Part shown: one piece after another, positions 45,081 to 60,957 of the stretch | Position numbering within the stretch: the first letter of the stretch is position 1 | Layout: each line of letters opens with the position of its first letter | From: Eledone cirrhosa | Taxonomy: Eukaryota | Length of the DNA stretch: 64,000 bases | Direction: 5' to 3' | Assembly (NCBI GenBank): GCA_964016885.1 | Contig: OZ024762.1 | Location: forward strand, 13,888,001 to 13,952,000 | The notes under the pieces: generated by a model | What the model was told of the DNA's origin: nothing | Seen by the model: only the letters and a program-made list of their open reading frames with translations | Database searches by the model: none | Position numbers and translations under genes: made by a program

Positions 45081-45354
45081 TAAACACACACAAAATAAAT
45101 CTAGAAAGAATTACAAATACACACAGATGAACAAGGAAACCGGAAGTGAATATAAGGAGAGGCGGAAGTGGAAACTGCATTTACCAATGGAATAGTCGGA
45201 GATTATTCCAGTACATCGAGTAATAAATTGAAACAAATGGAATTTAGATATATTTGATACGTGGGGTCACTCACACTTCTCACACACAGTCACACACACA
45301 TACACACACACACACACTCAGTCACACACACATATATATATATACACATACAGT

Positions 45355-45388
<34 letters not shown>

Positions 45389-45505
45389 CACAGTCACACA
45401 CATATATATATACATATACACACAGTCACACATACACACACCACACACTCAGTCACACACACATATATATATATGTACACATACAGTCACACACACACAC
45501 ATATA

Positions 45506-45551
<46 letters not shown>

Positions 45552-45557
45552 CACAGT

Positions 45558-45601
<44 letters not shown>

Positions 45602-45642
45602 CACATAGTCACACACACACACACATATATATATACATACAC

Positions 45643-45691
<49 letters not shown>

Positions 45692-45693
45692 CA

Positions 45694-46010
<317 letters not shown>

Positions 46011-46046
46011 TTTTCTCCTGGACCTTTCCGACGGAATTACTTCATT

Positions 46047-46077
<31 letters not shown>

Positions 46078-46086
46078 TGACACACG

Positions 46087-46146
<60 letters not shown>

Positions 46147-46266
46147 CACACTGACATACGCACACATACATAGACAATGTCACATTCACACATACATATA
46201 TATACACGCACATATATATATATATATATATACATATAATCATGCATAGTCACACACAAACACATA

Positions 46267-46318
<52 letters not shown>

Positions 46319-46415
46319 TAGACAAAGTCACAGTCACGCACATACAGAATCACACATACACTCACACACTCACATATACATACACTCACATACACATAGG
46401 TTTATACGTATTTGA

Positions 46416-46913
46416 TACGGGCTGAAAATGTCTTCATAGGCCTGACCAAGATACTCTCATGGAATGACCAAATGAGGTTCATTGTTCAACATAGACCCTT
46501 GAAAGAAACAATGCTGTTATTGATAAGAAGAGTTGAAATTAATGCATGCAAGACTTCACAGCTCTAGCATCACACCTTCATAGTCAGCCTATGACCAAGA
46601 TACTCTCATGGAATGACCAAATGAGGTTCATTTTTCAACATAGTCCCTGGAAAGAAACAATGCTGTTATTGATAAGAAGAGTTGAAATTAATGCATGCAA
46701 GATTTCACAGCTCTAGCATCACACCTTCATAGTCAGCCTATGACCAAGATACTCTCATGGAGTGACCAAATGAGGTTTATTTTTCGACATAGTCCCTGGA
46801 AAGAAACAATACAGTTATTAATAAGAAGAGTTGAAATTAAAGCATGCAAGGTTTCACAGCTCTAGCATCAATCTTTCATTGTCATCCTTTGAACCTTTCA
46901 GCCGAACCTCGTA
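46416..46913. mobile_element. Mariner-type non-autonomous element with triplicated 148-149-bp interior
   Basis: Ends tacgggctgaaaatg and gaacctttcagccgaacctcgta (imperfect TIRs, TA termini); tgaccaagatactctcatgg at 46444, 46592 and 46741. Confidence 0.7.
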
Positions 46914-47117
46914 TAAATTCTAACAGACACAATTCTACAACACAAATTCCCACACACACACGGTGTGTGTGTGTATGTGTGTGTGTGTATGAGTATGTGT
47001 TGTGTGTATATATATATACTAGTATTTAACAAGCAATAAACGGCGTCAGTATTAAACAAGCATATTTTTTATTCAAAACACATGGTAATAGTTTTATCTT
47101 ACCTCACCCCCCTCCCC

Positions 47118-47189
<72 letters not shown>

Positions 47190-47239
47190 GAGAGGGGGGT
47201 TATGTACGTTTGTCTATCTATCTCTCACTGTATATATAT

Positions 47240-47275
<36 letters not shown>

Positions 47276-47372
47276 CAGGGTGTCCCACAATATGTATACA
47301 TACTTTGATTACCGGTACAGGCAATATTTATTAGAATGGTGTTGAAGTGTGTATACATTTTTTGGAAATACC

Positions 47373-47375
<3 letters not shown>
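47276..47375. mobile_element. About 100-bp Tc1/mariner-type MITE
   Basis: ta|CAGGGTGTCCCACAA...TTGGAAATACCCTG|ta within (TA)n. Confidence 0.85.
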
Positions 47376-47414
<39 letters not shown>

Positions 47415-47457
47415 GATATATTAACAAATGGAAACTATATTTATAAAACCATATTTA

Positions 47458-47518
47458 TTTCATTATACATATTTCAAGGACACCAAAGCAAATTATGGTG
47501 CGCTTTCATCAGATAAAA
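47458..47518 (-). ncRNA. Type I hammerhead ribozyme, intact core (family A)
   Basis: Minus: ttttat-CTGATGA-aagcgcacca taatttgctt tggtgtcctt-GAA-ATATGTAT-A/atgaaa; lies in element 47417-47587. Confidence 0.8.
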
Positions 47519-47694
47519 TATAATATAGATCAGTTTTATAAAAAAATATTGACGTACCCTTAATGAATGCGACCATGTCGGTTGGAAGCTCCCGGATATA
47601 TATATGTGTAAAAGGTAAACAGAAATAACAACACAAACGGTACAGTATATGGAAGGAATATATTAGGGTAACGCTTGATATAGCAGGAAGAGGG

Positions 47695-47730
47695 TCTTAA
47701 CGTTTCGGACGCTAGTCTTTCATCAGAAGA
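47695..47730 (-). ncRNA. Minimal hammerhead motif
   Basis: Minus: tctt-CTGATGA-aagac tagc gtcc-GAAACGTT/aaga. Confidence 0.65.
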
Positions 47731-47776
47731 AAGAATAAAAAATAAGATAGGTTGAGGAGACGGGCATAGAAATAAC

Positions 47777-47823
47777 TTTCTACAGCACTAGAACTGTTTC
47801 ATTTGTATGAAATCATCGGCAAT
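47777..47823 (-). ncRNA. Decayed family B hammerhead
   Basis: Minus: CCGATGA-tttc atac aaat-GAAA-cag ttctagtg ctg-TA/gaaa. Confidence 0.6.
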
Positions 47824-48079
47824 GTATATATATTACAATATGTTGGTGCTGAGACCCAATGCCCAGAACAATGGAATGGAAAAGAGGAAACGCTAAAGCC
47901 GCATCGCCATTTTTTTACCCATGTTCCCAAGAATATTTCCATGGCATTTGTATTTAAATCTATTGCTGTCACTCTCTGGCATTCATACTGGTTTTATTTG
48001 TGTGAGAGGATACGATGGTATCCCCCCCCCCAACCACACACATACACACGCACAGATATGTTTGTATATATATATATAT

Positions 48080-48137
<58 letters not shown>

Positions 48138-48346
48138 TTGCGCGTGTGTATATATATATATGTATTTATATATAATATATATATATAAAATATATATATA
48201 TATATATATATGTATTTATATAATATATATATAAATATACATGCATTTATATATAATATATACATATATAAATATATATGTACTTATATATAATAAATAC
48301 ATAACATATATTTATATATATACACACATATATATATATGTAGTAG

Positions 48347-48402
<56 letters not shown>

Positions 48403-48409
48403 TATATAT

Positions 48410-48442
<33 letters not shown>

Positions 48443-48446
48443 ATAA

Positions 48447-48527
<81 letters not shown>

Positions 48528-49044
48528 ATAAATGTATATATATATATATTTATATATATATACATTTATACACACATATATACATTTATACACACACACA
48601 CATACACACACACACATATATATTTATATATATATATATATATACACATATTCTACAGGAACATGAATACAACGCTAGCAGCTTAACGACGTTTCGAATA
48701 CAATTCACATATTCTGAAGACGTCTCTTATTGGAGAACTTACACTACTAACTTCCTATTCATGTTAGATTATTCCTACTATAACAAATCAATATAGAAAT
48801 ACATATTATAAAAAATATGTCACAAATGCACCAATTCACCTGCAAAATATAAAATGGCTTACGGCTAATCACAATTATAATCCATTTATTTATCTTCTCT
48901 TGTTGGTGTTTTACTTTCGATAGCTAAACATAAAATATGGAATGGTATATATATATATTATATTATATTCCTGTAATATTGACAAGAATGCTTTTATTTT
49001 TATATAGGAGACAATGAAAAGAAAAGGCGAGAGATAAACGTTTT

Positions 49045-49093
<49 letters not shown>

Positions 49094-49113
49094 ATATTTA
49101 TATATATATATTT

Positions 49114-49163
<50 letters not shown>

Positions 49164-49320
49164 AGGAATGTAGGTAATAAAATGGCTGAAACGAATTTAA
49201 GGAAAGTGATCGCAGTAAAAAATAACAATAGGAGGACAGTCGCACAATGGGAAGGAAGGTCTATAGTGTATGAGAGATATGAGGGAAATATATGTATATA
49301 CACGTACATATACATACATA

Positions 49321-49357
<37 letters not shown>

Positions 49358-49623
49358 CAACCTAACAAATCGTCCTTTTTATTATTAGTATACATATAAT
49401 TTCTATCTATCTATCTATCTATCTATGGATATATATATACATATGCATACATGTATATAATGTATATATATATATATACACACACACTTATATATGCGTG
49501 TGCTTCTGCTTGTAAGAGAAGTTGTGTATACTTGCGTATGTGTACACGCAAGAAGAATGAACTAGATTATAAAACTATAGAATCACAAAACGAAGGGGTT
49601 ATGTAGGATGAGACATACGAGAG

Positions 49624-49689
<66 letters not shown>

Positions 49690-49733
49690 ATATATTATAT
49701 ATATATATATTATATATATATATATTATATATA

Positions 49734-49773
<40 letters not shown>

Positions 49774-49831
49774 TATATTATATATATATATATTATATAT
49801 ATATATATTATATATATATATATTATATATA

Positions 49832-49918
<87 letters not shown>

Positions 49919-49958
49919 ATATTATATATATATATATTATATATATATATATTATATA

Positions 49959-50047
<89 letters not shown>

Positions 50048-50049
50048 AT

Positions 50050-50249
50050 NNNNNNNNNNNNNNNNNNNNNNNNNNNNNNNNNNNNNNNNNNNNNNNNNNN
50101 NNNNNNNNNNNNNNNNNNNNNNNNNNNNNNNNNNNNNNNNNNNNNNNNNNNNNNNNNNNNNNNNNNNNNNNNNNNNNNNNNNNNNNNNNNNNNNNNNNNN
50201 NNNNNNNNNNNNNNNNNNNNNNNNNNNNNNNNNNNNNNNNNNNNNNNNN
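50050..50249. other. Assembly gap (200 N)
   Basis: Run of N following a (TA)n tract. Confidence 0.99.
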
Positions 50250-50887
50250 GGAATTCCCTTAAATGAGTTCTCGCTGTGTCACTGTGTGTGTATATGTTGA
50301 TGTATTATGTATGTGTATGTCTGTGATTGAGTATATGTATGTATGTGTGTACGTGTGTGTATGTATGCATATGTATTATGTATGTATATGTGTGTCTTAT
50401 GTATATATATACCTATGTGTATGTGTGTGTATGTGTATGTATGTGTGTGTACGTATATGTTTGCGTACGTATGTATTTTGTATGTGTGTCTCATCGTGTA
50501 TTTGTACGTATATGTGCATATGTATGTGTATGTATTTATATATATATACGTGTGTGAGTGTATATGTAAGTATGTATATATGTATGTATATATGCCTGTA
50601 TGTGTGTATGTATGTATGTATATATGTATGTATATGTGTATATGTGTATGTTTGTATGTATGTGTATCTATGTCTGTATATATGTATTTATGTGTATGTC
50701 TGTGTGTGTGACCCTTTCATCAGTGCTGTCCCCTTTAGAGGCACGTTGTAAACTGATTAGTGTTGGACAATGGCGCCCCCTACTTTCAAATTTACGGTGC
50801 TATCATCGTCTCTTCTCGTAACGTCTCCATTGAGACGAGAACTGGTGTTTGTGTATGATTGCATAGACACACAAATATATATATATA

Positions 50888-50997
<110 letters not shown>

Positions 50998-51052
50998 AAC
51001 ATAGATACAAACATGCATAAACACATACACACACACACACATATATATAAAC

Positions 51053-51131
<79 letters not shown>

Positions 51132-51370
51132 CATATATATACGTATATGATATACATAAGTTGGTAGATGTGTGCATACATAATTGTATATATGCGTATA
51201 TGATCTACTCAAGACCATATATATATATATGATCTTAAGTAGATCATATATATATATATATGAATATATATATATACATACATATATATATTTATATATA
51301 TATATATATATATATGAATAAATATATATATACATACATATATATATACATACATATATATATATATATT

Positions 51371-51416
<46 letters not shown>

Positions 51417-51454
51417 CATATATATATATAATTATATATATAAATATATATATA

Positions 51455-51534
<80 letters not shown>

Positions 51535-51569
51535 CATACATATATATATTTATATATATAAATATACAT

Positions 51570-51628
<59 letters not shown>

Positions 51629-51648
51629 ATTATATATATGTATGTATG

Positions 51649-51679
<31 letters not shown>

Positions 51680-51698
51680 ATATATATATATATGTATG

Positions 51699-51754
<56 letters not shown>

Positions 51755-52225
51755 CTGCAGAAGATAGGCTCCATTTCCAGGCTAATTGCTGGTTCTTTAA
51801 CCATCCAATACCAGTAAACTGTTTCTTCTCCCCCCCCCCCACGCCTCCGCATTAATATCAAACTTTAATGAGGAGGGGAGTCTGACGACGAAACAGTGAG
51901 GGTGTTATTGTGACTGTTAATACTCTTAGCTTTGTTCTACTTGTGAGGATTATTGTTGATGTGGTTGTGGTGATTATTGTGGTTGTTATGAATGGTGTCG
52001 TCGTCGTGGTGGTGGTGTTGGTGGTGGTGGTGGTGGTGTGTGTGGGGGGGGGGGGTAGTGGTGGTGGTGGTGGTGGTGGTGGTGGTCGTGTGGTTGTCTT
52101 CGTGTTTTGAGTCGCTACTAAGAATTTTGATCAAATTTACCCTCATTCTTAGTTCAAGTTGAATCTCATACCGCTTACCAAGTATCTATCTGTGTATCTA
52201 TCTATCCTCTCTCTCACACTCTCCC

Positions 52226-52331
<106 letters not shown>

Positions 52332-52439
52332 TTTCTATCAGTATGTCATTGAGTGTGTGTGTATATATGCGTATGTCTATGTGTGTGTTATATGTATGTC
52401 TATATATGGGTATGTCTATATATGTGTGTGTCTATATGT

Positions 52440-52480
<41 letters not shown>

Positions 52481-52548
52481 GCTGTGTTTAGCTTATACCT
52501 CTGGGTGCGAATGTGTGTTTATGTTTGTTTGTCTAAGACTCTATGTAT

Positions 52549-52590
<42 letters not shown>

Positions 52591-52679
52591 CTAGATACAT
52601 CTCTGCGATGGTATGCCCTTGTCTGTCTGTGTGTGTGTGTGTGTGTATGTGTGTGAATGTGTGTCTGCCTGTGTATGTG

Positions 52680-52718
<39 letters not shown>

Positions 52719-52971
52719 GTATATGTCTTTGTGCCTGTCTAAGCACTTCCATTATGTCTGTCTGTTAACAAGGAGACAAGGACAGCAGGCGCTAATGACT
52801 ACACAAACCGCTCAATATTAAACTGGTCAAACGATAACAAGGTTGTTTCTTCATCATCTAGACTTGTAATTGAGAAATACTCCAGATATGTTAACGATGA
52901 ACAACAGACGAGTGAATATGTCTACACACACACACACACACACACACATCCCACACACACATATATATACT

Positions 52972-53048
<77 letters not shown>

Positions 53049-53129
53049 TTAAGTATTTGTTGCATGCATCTAAATTCAATCTCATAAATGGAAATCTATA
53101 TGCAAATATATAAATGACACATTCATGCA

Positions 53130-53179
<50 letters not shown>

Positions 53180-53195
53180 GTATATATATATGTAA

Positions 53196-53375
<180 letters not shown>

Positions 53376-53410
53376 ATATATACATGCATACATACATACA
53401 TATATATATA

Positions 53411-54040
53411 TATAAGTTTAGGAATAACCAAAGAGTGCTTAGAAATAAATTGTTTTATTTGCTAGCAGTGTTTCATCCATACCCTAGGGCAGGAATCATC
53501 AGAGCCTATAAACAAAAGTATATCAGTAAACAAAAGTAAGACAGTAGACATGTTTACTGACTCCTGCTTACATGCTTTCATACTCTGCCTGTAAATCATG
53601 TGTTTGCACTGCTTGTAAATTGATGTATCTATGCTTGGTTTGTTCTTTGATCATGCTCAGTAACACCCTCATTCATTTCTTGCTCTCCTTCCTCAACCTC
53701 CTTATCTATTGCACCATTTACGTGATAAACTTTTCACCTAATTTTTTAGGATGTAATTTTTTATGATGTAATTTTTTGTGACATTATATGTATCATGTAT
53801 TGTGTGCCCCGCTACTTATCCCTCTTCCCTGTTCTAGTGACTAGGCTCGATGGAGCCTGCAACCTTTGATATACTTTTGTTTATAAGCTCTGATGGTTCC
53901 TGCCGTAGGGTATGGATGAAACACTGTTAGCTAATAAAACAACGTATTTCTAAGCACTGTTTGGATATTCCTAAACTTATAACGGCTCTGTAGTATACTA
54001 GTTATCCTACATTGAGATAAAACCACACTGTCATACCGAG
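53411..54040. mobile_element. Non-coding element with 115-bp inverted repeats, each holding an HHR (family E)
   Basis: 53411-53525 versus 53867-53981; HHRs at 53461-53505 (-) and 53886-53932 (+), each followed by aataaa; tail tacattgag near 54008; (TA)n on both sides. Confidence 0.8.
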
Positions 54041-54089
54041 GACAATATATCTGTGTGTCTGTGCACATTAGTATAATTGTCAACCAAAG

Positions 54090-54760
<671 letters not shown>

Positions 54761-55249
54761 GCACACACAAATCTATACATTCAAGCAGCTTGCGTGTGTC
54801 TCTATAATACTTTAAAAAAACTTACTCATGTCTATATTTAAACACTTTAAAACTTATTTAAATACGCCATCTTTGTTCTCCACAACTGTAAGCTACTTTT
54901 CTGTATTCTAAGTTAATTCCTGGGTTTTATTGGAACGAGAAGAATATTCGAGAAAGCAGATTAATTTAAGAACTTTGAGGTTTTTTTAATTCTATCTTTC
55001 TATCATCTAGTGTATGTATATATATAATGTATATACAGTGTATATAAACTATATATACAGTATATAGTGTATATACAGTGTGTATATATAGTGTATATAT
55101 ACTCTATATACAATATATAGTGTATATACACTGTATAAACACTATATATACACTATACATATACGCTGTATATACACTATATATATACACTATATATATA
55201 ATGTATATAGAAAAGGCAATGATACTTTGACACCAGTAACATCGCAACA

Positions 55250-55381
55250 CATATCTGCAGTTGTGTAAACTGGAGCAACGTGAAAATAAAGTGTCTTGCT
55301 CAAGGACATATCACACTACCTTGCCCGAGATTCGAACTCCCTACCTCTCAAATGCAGGCCCAACGCTGAACACACTATGGT
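55250..55381 (-). mobile_element. Second tRNA-derived SINE family, decayed
   Basis: Minus: B box gagttcgaatctc followed by gtccttgagcaagacactttattttcacgttgctccag. Confidence 0.7.
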
Positions 55382-55459
55382 TTCTCTATGTGATCACATT
55401 GATCTGCTGGAAACAACAGTTAATTGTCTTTAGATCACCTCCTCTTTATATTAACATAA

Positions 55460-56698
55460 ACCGCCAATACCATCATAACCATCACCACCAATACCATCAC
55501 AACCATTACCTCCGTCACCAATACCACCACCACCATCACTAACACCACCAATACCATCACCAATACCACCAGCACCACCACCACCATCACCTCCATCACC
55601 ATCACTAACACCACCAACACCATCTCTCACCATCACCAATACCATCTCTCTCACCATCACCAACACCTCCATCACCATCACCATCTCTCTCACCATCACC
55701 AACACCATCGCAACTGTCACCAATACCACCATCACCACCACCAACACCACCACCACCAACACCATCGCAACTGTCACCAACACCACCATCACGAACACTA
55801 TCACCACCAACACCACCATCACCACCACCAACACCACCACCACCAACACCATCGCAACTGTCACCACCATCACCACCACCACCACCATCGCCACCACCAA
55901 CAACACCACCATCACCAGCACCACCACCACCATCACCACCAACACCACCACCACCACCATCAACATCACCAAAACCATCACCACCAACAATACAACACTA
56001 CATCTTGCGGCAAAGACAATTTCCTACTTATGTAAATTCTCTCTCTCCCTCTCTCTTCTTGTCTCCCCCCTCTCTCTCTCTCTTACTCTCTCTATCTATT
56101 CTCCTCCCTCCCTTCCCCCTCCTCTCTTATGCACACACACACATACCCATATACATACATTCTTCAGCCTCGCTTCCCCCATACACACACACATGCTCTC
56201 CTTCAGCCAGTCTCACCTTCCTCTCTCTCTCTCTGTCTCCCTCTCTCTCACATGCACACAGCTCCCCCACCCCACCCCTTCACATATGGACATACACACG
56301 AGCCCACCACACACACTCACGCACACAGATACATACACATACACACATGCTCTCCTTCAGCCCGTTTCACCTTCTCTCTGTTCACACATACACACACACA
56401 CACACACAGACACAGCCAAACACAGACACAAACAGACACACACACATACACACACAGTCAAACACACACAGACACAAACACTCACACACACACACACACT
56501 CACAGACGCAGACACACAGCCAAACACAGACACAAACAGACACACACACACACACATACACACAGAGTCAAACACACACAGACACAAACACTCACAGACA
56601 CAGCCAAACACAGACACAAACAGACACACACACACACACACATACACACACAGTCAAACACACACAGACACAAACACTCACACAGACACACACACAGA

Positions 56699-56741
<43 letters not shown>

Positions 56742-57534
56742 CTCCCCCCACACACACTCCTTCAACCCTCTCCTCCCACCTTACCCCTCCGTTCCTTATT
56801 TTCACACCTGGGGCTCTATATCCCAAACAGTTTAAAGTGTTTGTTATAGCAGTGTATGGCGGTGGCGGGGTGGCCGAGGTAGTTATTAGTTATGGTGGTG
56901 GTGGGGATGGTGGTGGGGTGGGGTGGCGCATTTAGGGTGTCGGTGGTTTGTGTGGTGGTGGTGATGGGGTGCTCGAAGTAGTTATTACTTATGGTGGTGG
57001 CGGTGTGGGGGGTTGATGGTGGAGGTGGTGGGGTGGCCGAGGTAGTTATTAATTATGGTGGCATCGGTGGTGGTGGGGATGGTGATGGCTGTGGGGGGAC
57101 TGAAGTAGTTGTTAGTTATGGTAGTGGTGGTGGTGGTGGTGGCGGTGGTAGTGGTGGTGGTGGTGTGGTGGCGGTTTAAAGGCAGAGCTAGTGCTGGTGG
57201 TGATGGGGGTTGTAGTGAATGTGATGGTGGCGGTGCGGTGTTGTCGTGAAGACATTGTAGTGATGGTGGGGTGTTGTATGTTTTGGTGGTGTTGTATTGG
57301 TAACTCTGTGACTGTGACACTGTGATGCCGGTGTCGAGGATATAGGGGGGGGGGGCGGGGTTAGTTACGACAAGAGTAGACAGACAGACAGACAGGCAGG
57401 AAGACAGGGACTGAGGCATTCTGGGATAGCAATTATTCATCACTGTTGTTCATTCCACACAACTAAACTCCTTTAACATAATTACTTTCTTTCCAATACC
57501 ACCGGCAATACCATCACCACCACCACCACCACCA

Positions 57535-57570
<36 letters not shown>

Positions 57571-57693
57571 ATACCACTACTACTACTACTACTACTAATA
57601 CTACTACTACTACTACTATTACTACTAATACCACTACTACTACTACTACTACTACGACTACTGCTACTACTACTACTGCTACTACTACTCCTG

Positions 57694-57745
<52 letters not shown>

Positions 57746-58090
57746 CAACACCACTACTACCACAACCACTACTACTACCTTTATATTTCCTTAAATTTCT
57801 TGAACTTCTGTCGTCTTTTTCTTCTCTCCCCTTCCCGCCACCCTCTACCACCCCTACCATCCACCACCACCCTCTCCTCCTCACCGCCTCCTCCAATTTA
57901 TCCACCACCACGCACCCCACCCTCCACACCTGCTCCTCCAATGTCCTAGCTGTTAGTCATGTGACATATTCTTTTCGCTCTCTAATTTAGTTCCTCTGAC
58001 GAGCGTGATTCTTGATGAAGTTACTGATGCTGTTGTAGTAGTTGTTGTTGTTGTTGTTGTTGTTGTTCTATATATATATATATATATATA

Positions 58091-58156
<66 letters not shown>

Positions 58157-58264
58157 TATATACCTATATATATATACCTATATATATATATACATATGTA
58201 TATATATATATACCTATATGTATATATATATATATACCTATATATATATATATATATATATATA

Positions 58265-58324
<60 letters not shown>

Positions 58325-58388
58325 CCTGTATATATATATATAGGTATATATATATATATATACCTATATATATATATATATATATATT

Positions 58389-58444
<56 letters not shown>

Positions 58445-58483
58445 CATATATATATATAATATATATATATATATATCTATATT

Positions 58484-58542
<59 letters not shown>

Positions 58543-58546
58543 CATG

Positions 58547-58602
<56 letters not shown>

Positions 58603-58646
58603 CATGTATGTATATATATATATGTATATATATATATATCGACATG

Positions 58647-58700
<54 letters not shown>
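55460..58700. repeat. Consecutive (ACC)n, (CT)n, (CA)n, (GGT)n, (ACT)n and (TA)n tracts
   Basis: Low-complexity sequence with short unique spacers. Confidence 0.88.
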
Positions 58701-58705
<5 letters not shown>

Positions 58706-58821
58706 AGAGAAGCTATTCATTTTCGGGTTTCGATGAGTTTAATACAGTTTTTTTTTTGTATAGAAAAGAATATCTTAACTAAATGAACAAAGGATCACTA
58801 TATACATAGTCTGTCTGTATA

Positions 58822-58909
<88 letters not shown>

Positions 58910-59500
58910 CATATATATTTATCTACATATTTAAATTAAAATATATATTTCTTCTTTATGAATTGTACCGGCAGAGCTCTATATGTTTGTGAAAATGTCT
59001 GTGTTTCATATGTATATATGTATATATGTATATATCTATATATGTGTGTGTGTATATATGTGTGTGTGTATGTATGTGTGTGTTTATGGAAATCCCTATG
59101 TGTGCAGTTTTTTTGTGTTCCTGTTACAATACTGCTTCTAGGTAACATTTTTGTACGGATTCCTGGGACTTTGTGAGGAAATTAACAAAAAAGACTGGAC
59201 TGTGTATAGATCTATATATGTATGTACGTATATATCTATATATATATGTATATATGCATGTATGTATGCATGTATGTATGTATGTATGTTTTCTCTTTCT
59301 CTTAATTTCGAGTATATTTTTTTTGACCGGCCACCTTCCTGGTGGCAAGGTTGTAAAAGAAAAGAAATTATCATCCCTTGAATCGCAAGAATGTTTCGTA
59401 AATTTTGAAGGTGCCAGCTATCGCAGCCATTTGCAGACTATGAATTAGGGAGCTGCGCTTTTTGTCCGTATGTATGTATGTATGTATGTATGTATGTATG

Positions 59501-60095
59501 TACGGTGCTACTGGTAACATGTATCCCAGTACAACCTGTCCCATGGTCGGGTCGTTGGCGACTAAACTGGCAACCCCACCAAGGTTTCTTGGTGAGGAGG
59601 GTGACTTTGGACATCCTGCAGGACTAAAAACAAAACCTGTCAAAGGGCAAAGGAGCTCTTAAGAGTCAATGGCCATCCAAAATCACCGGGAGAGATGACC
59701 CCTTAGCCTTTGTCAAGGCAGAATTCTAGGAGAAGGAAAACTCTGATATAACACCTGCAACCCTGATGGTATCCAATGATGTTGACTTGTTCTTCTTTTT
59801 GGTAAATATCATCTTGGTTAAGAGAGTGGGACTGGCTTTGTGCAGTGCCTTTGCTCACTATAAAAGCTTCACGGCACAGGCATTGCTTTATATCTGGAGA
59901 TCTCTCTGCACTTGTCCTCACATGGTACCATGGGCCCAGCACTATGTGTCAATAATTGTCACAAGTGTAGTGTTTGTACCAGAGGTTTCAAGTCGCTGGC
60001 TGGACAAAAAGTCACACTCGTTCAGCGCTTCGGTAGGGGTTCTCCTACATGGATATAAAGTAGTGGCCGTACTCGAAAACGAGTTGGCAGCCACC
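59501..60095 (+). mobile_element. Internally deleted (bipartite) RTE-like retroelement
   Basis: RTE-like 5' UTR motifs (ctaggagaaggaaaactctga); 59960-60024 encodes HKCSVCTRGFKSLAG/KSHTRS, a frameshifted C-terminal zinc finger; 3' end actcgaaaacgagt...cagcc; (TATG)n on both sides. Confidence 0.7.
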
Positions 60096-60593
60096 ATGTA
60101 TGTATGTATGTATGTATGTATGTATGTATGTATGTATGTATGTATGTATGAATATATGTATGTATATATGTGTATATGAATGTATAATTATGTTTGTGTA
60201 TGTATGTATATTCATGTGAATATATACATAAATAATGCCTAAATATATATATACATATATATATATATATATGATAATAAGGACGCTGCGGAGTTGCAAA
60301 TGGGTTACATATGAAAAAAGTTTGTCCTTCATCAGTGATCTTCCAACCATCATAGGCATTTCATCGCTTTAAAGACCATATACCTCCGGTTGGTGCGAGC
60401 AACGGCTAAAAAAATCGTTGGGACACGTAAATAAAGGGGACGCGAGGGTAAACAAACAAAATGGTGAAGCAACAGAAAGTGAGGAATATATATACATATA
60501 TACAATATGTTGAAAAGGTAACACACTAGAGAGAGAGATAGTGCGCCATCAATAAGACAGGGAAAGCCACCAGTGTATTTGGGCACTTTATTG

Positions 60594-60790
60594 GGGCGGT
60601 GGAGTGGCAGTATCAGTAGAGGGTGGGACGCCATGTTTTGACGCAAAATGTTACGGCCCTTTCCATTCTGAGTTCAAATCCCGCCGAGGTTAACTTTGCC
60701 TTTCATCCTTACCGGGTCGATAAAATAATGTACCAGTAATACACTGGGGGTAAATTGCTGGCCTTTGTGCCAAAAGTAGAAACACTTATT
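60594..60790 (+). mobile_element. Full-length tRNA-derived SINE
   Basis: gggcggtggagtggcagtatcagtaga...gagttcaaatcccgccgagg...gtagaaac. Confidence 0.93.
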
Positions 60791-60847
60791 GACAGGGAAT
60801 AACGAGAGTCAATGGCTCCGTTAATTTATCGTGATATATATATATAT

Positions 60848-60957
60848 AATTGTTTCTACTTTAGGCACAAGGCCAGCAATCACCCAGTGCATTACTGGTA
60901 CTTTATTTTATCGACCCCGTAAGGATGAAAGGCAAAGTCAACCTCGGCGGGATTTGA
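60848..60957 (-). mobile_element. 5'-truncated SINE
   Basis: Tail, core and part of the B box. Confidence 0.9.

Noticed and set aside
48685-48725. Hammerhead-like GAAACGTC with a hairpin on the minus strand
   Set aside because: No correctly oriented CTGANGA box is present; at most a remnant.
51878-51900. CTGACGA-C-GAAAC
   Set aside because: There is no stem II, stem III or stem I partner. Isolated boxes near 42751, 50717, 57996 and 60329 were rejected for the same reason.
59766-60179. 137-aa ORF
   Set aside because: It runs through the RTE remnant in a different frame from the zinc finger and ends in (TATG)n.
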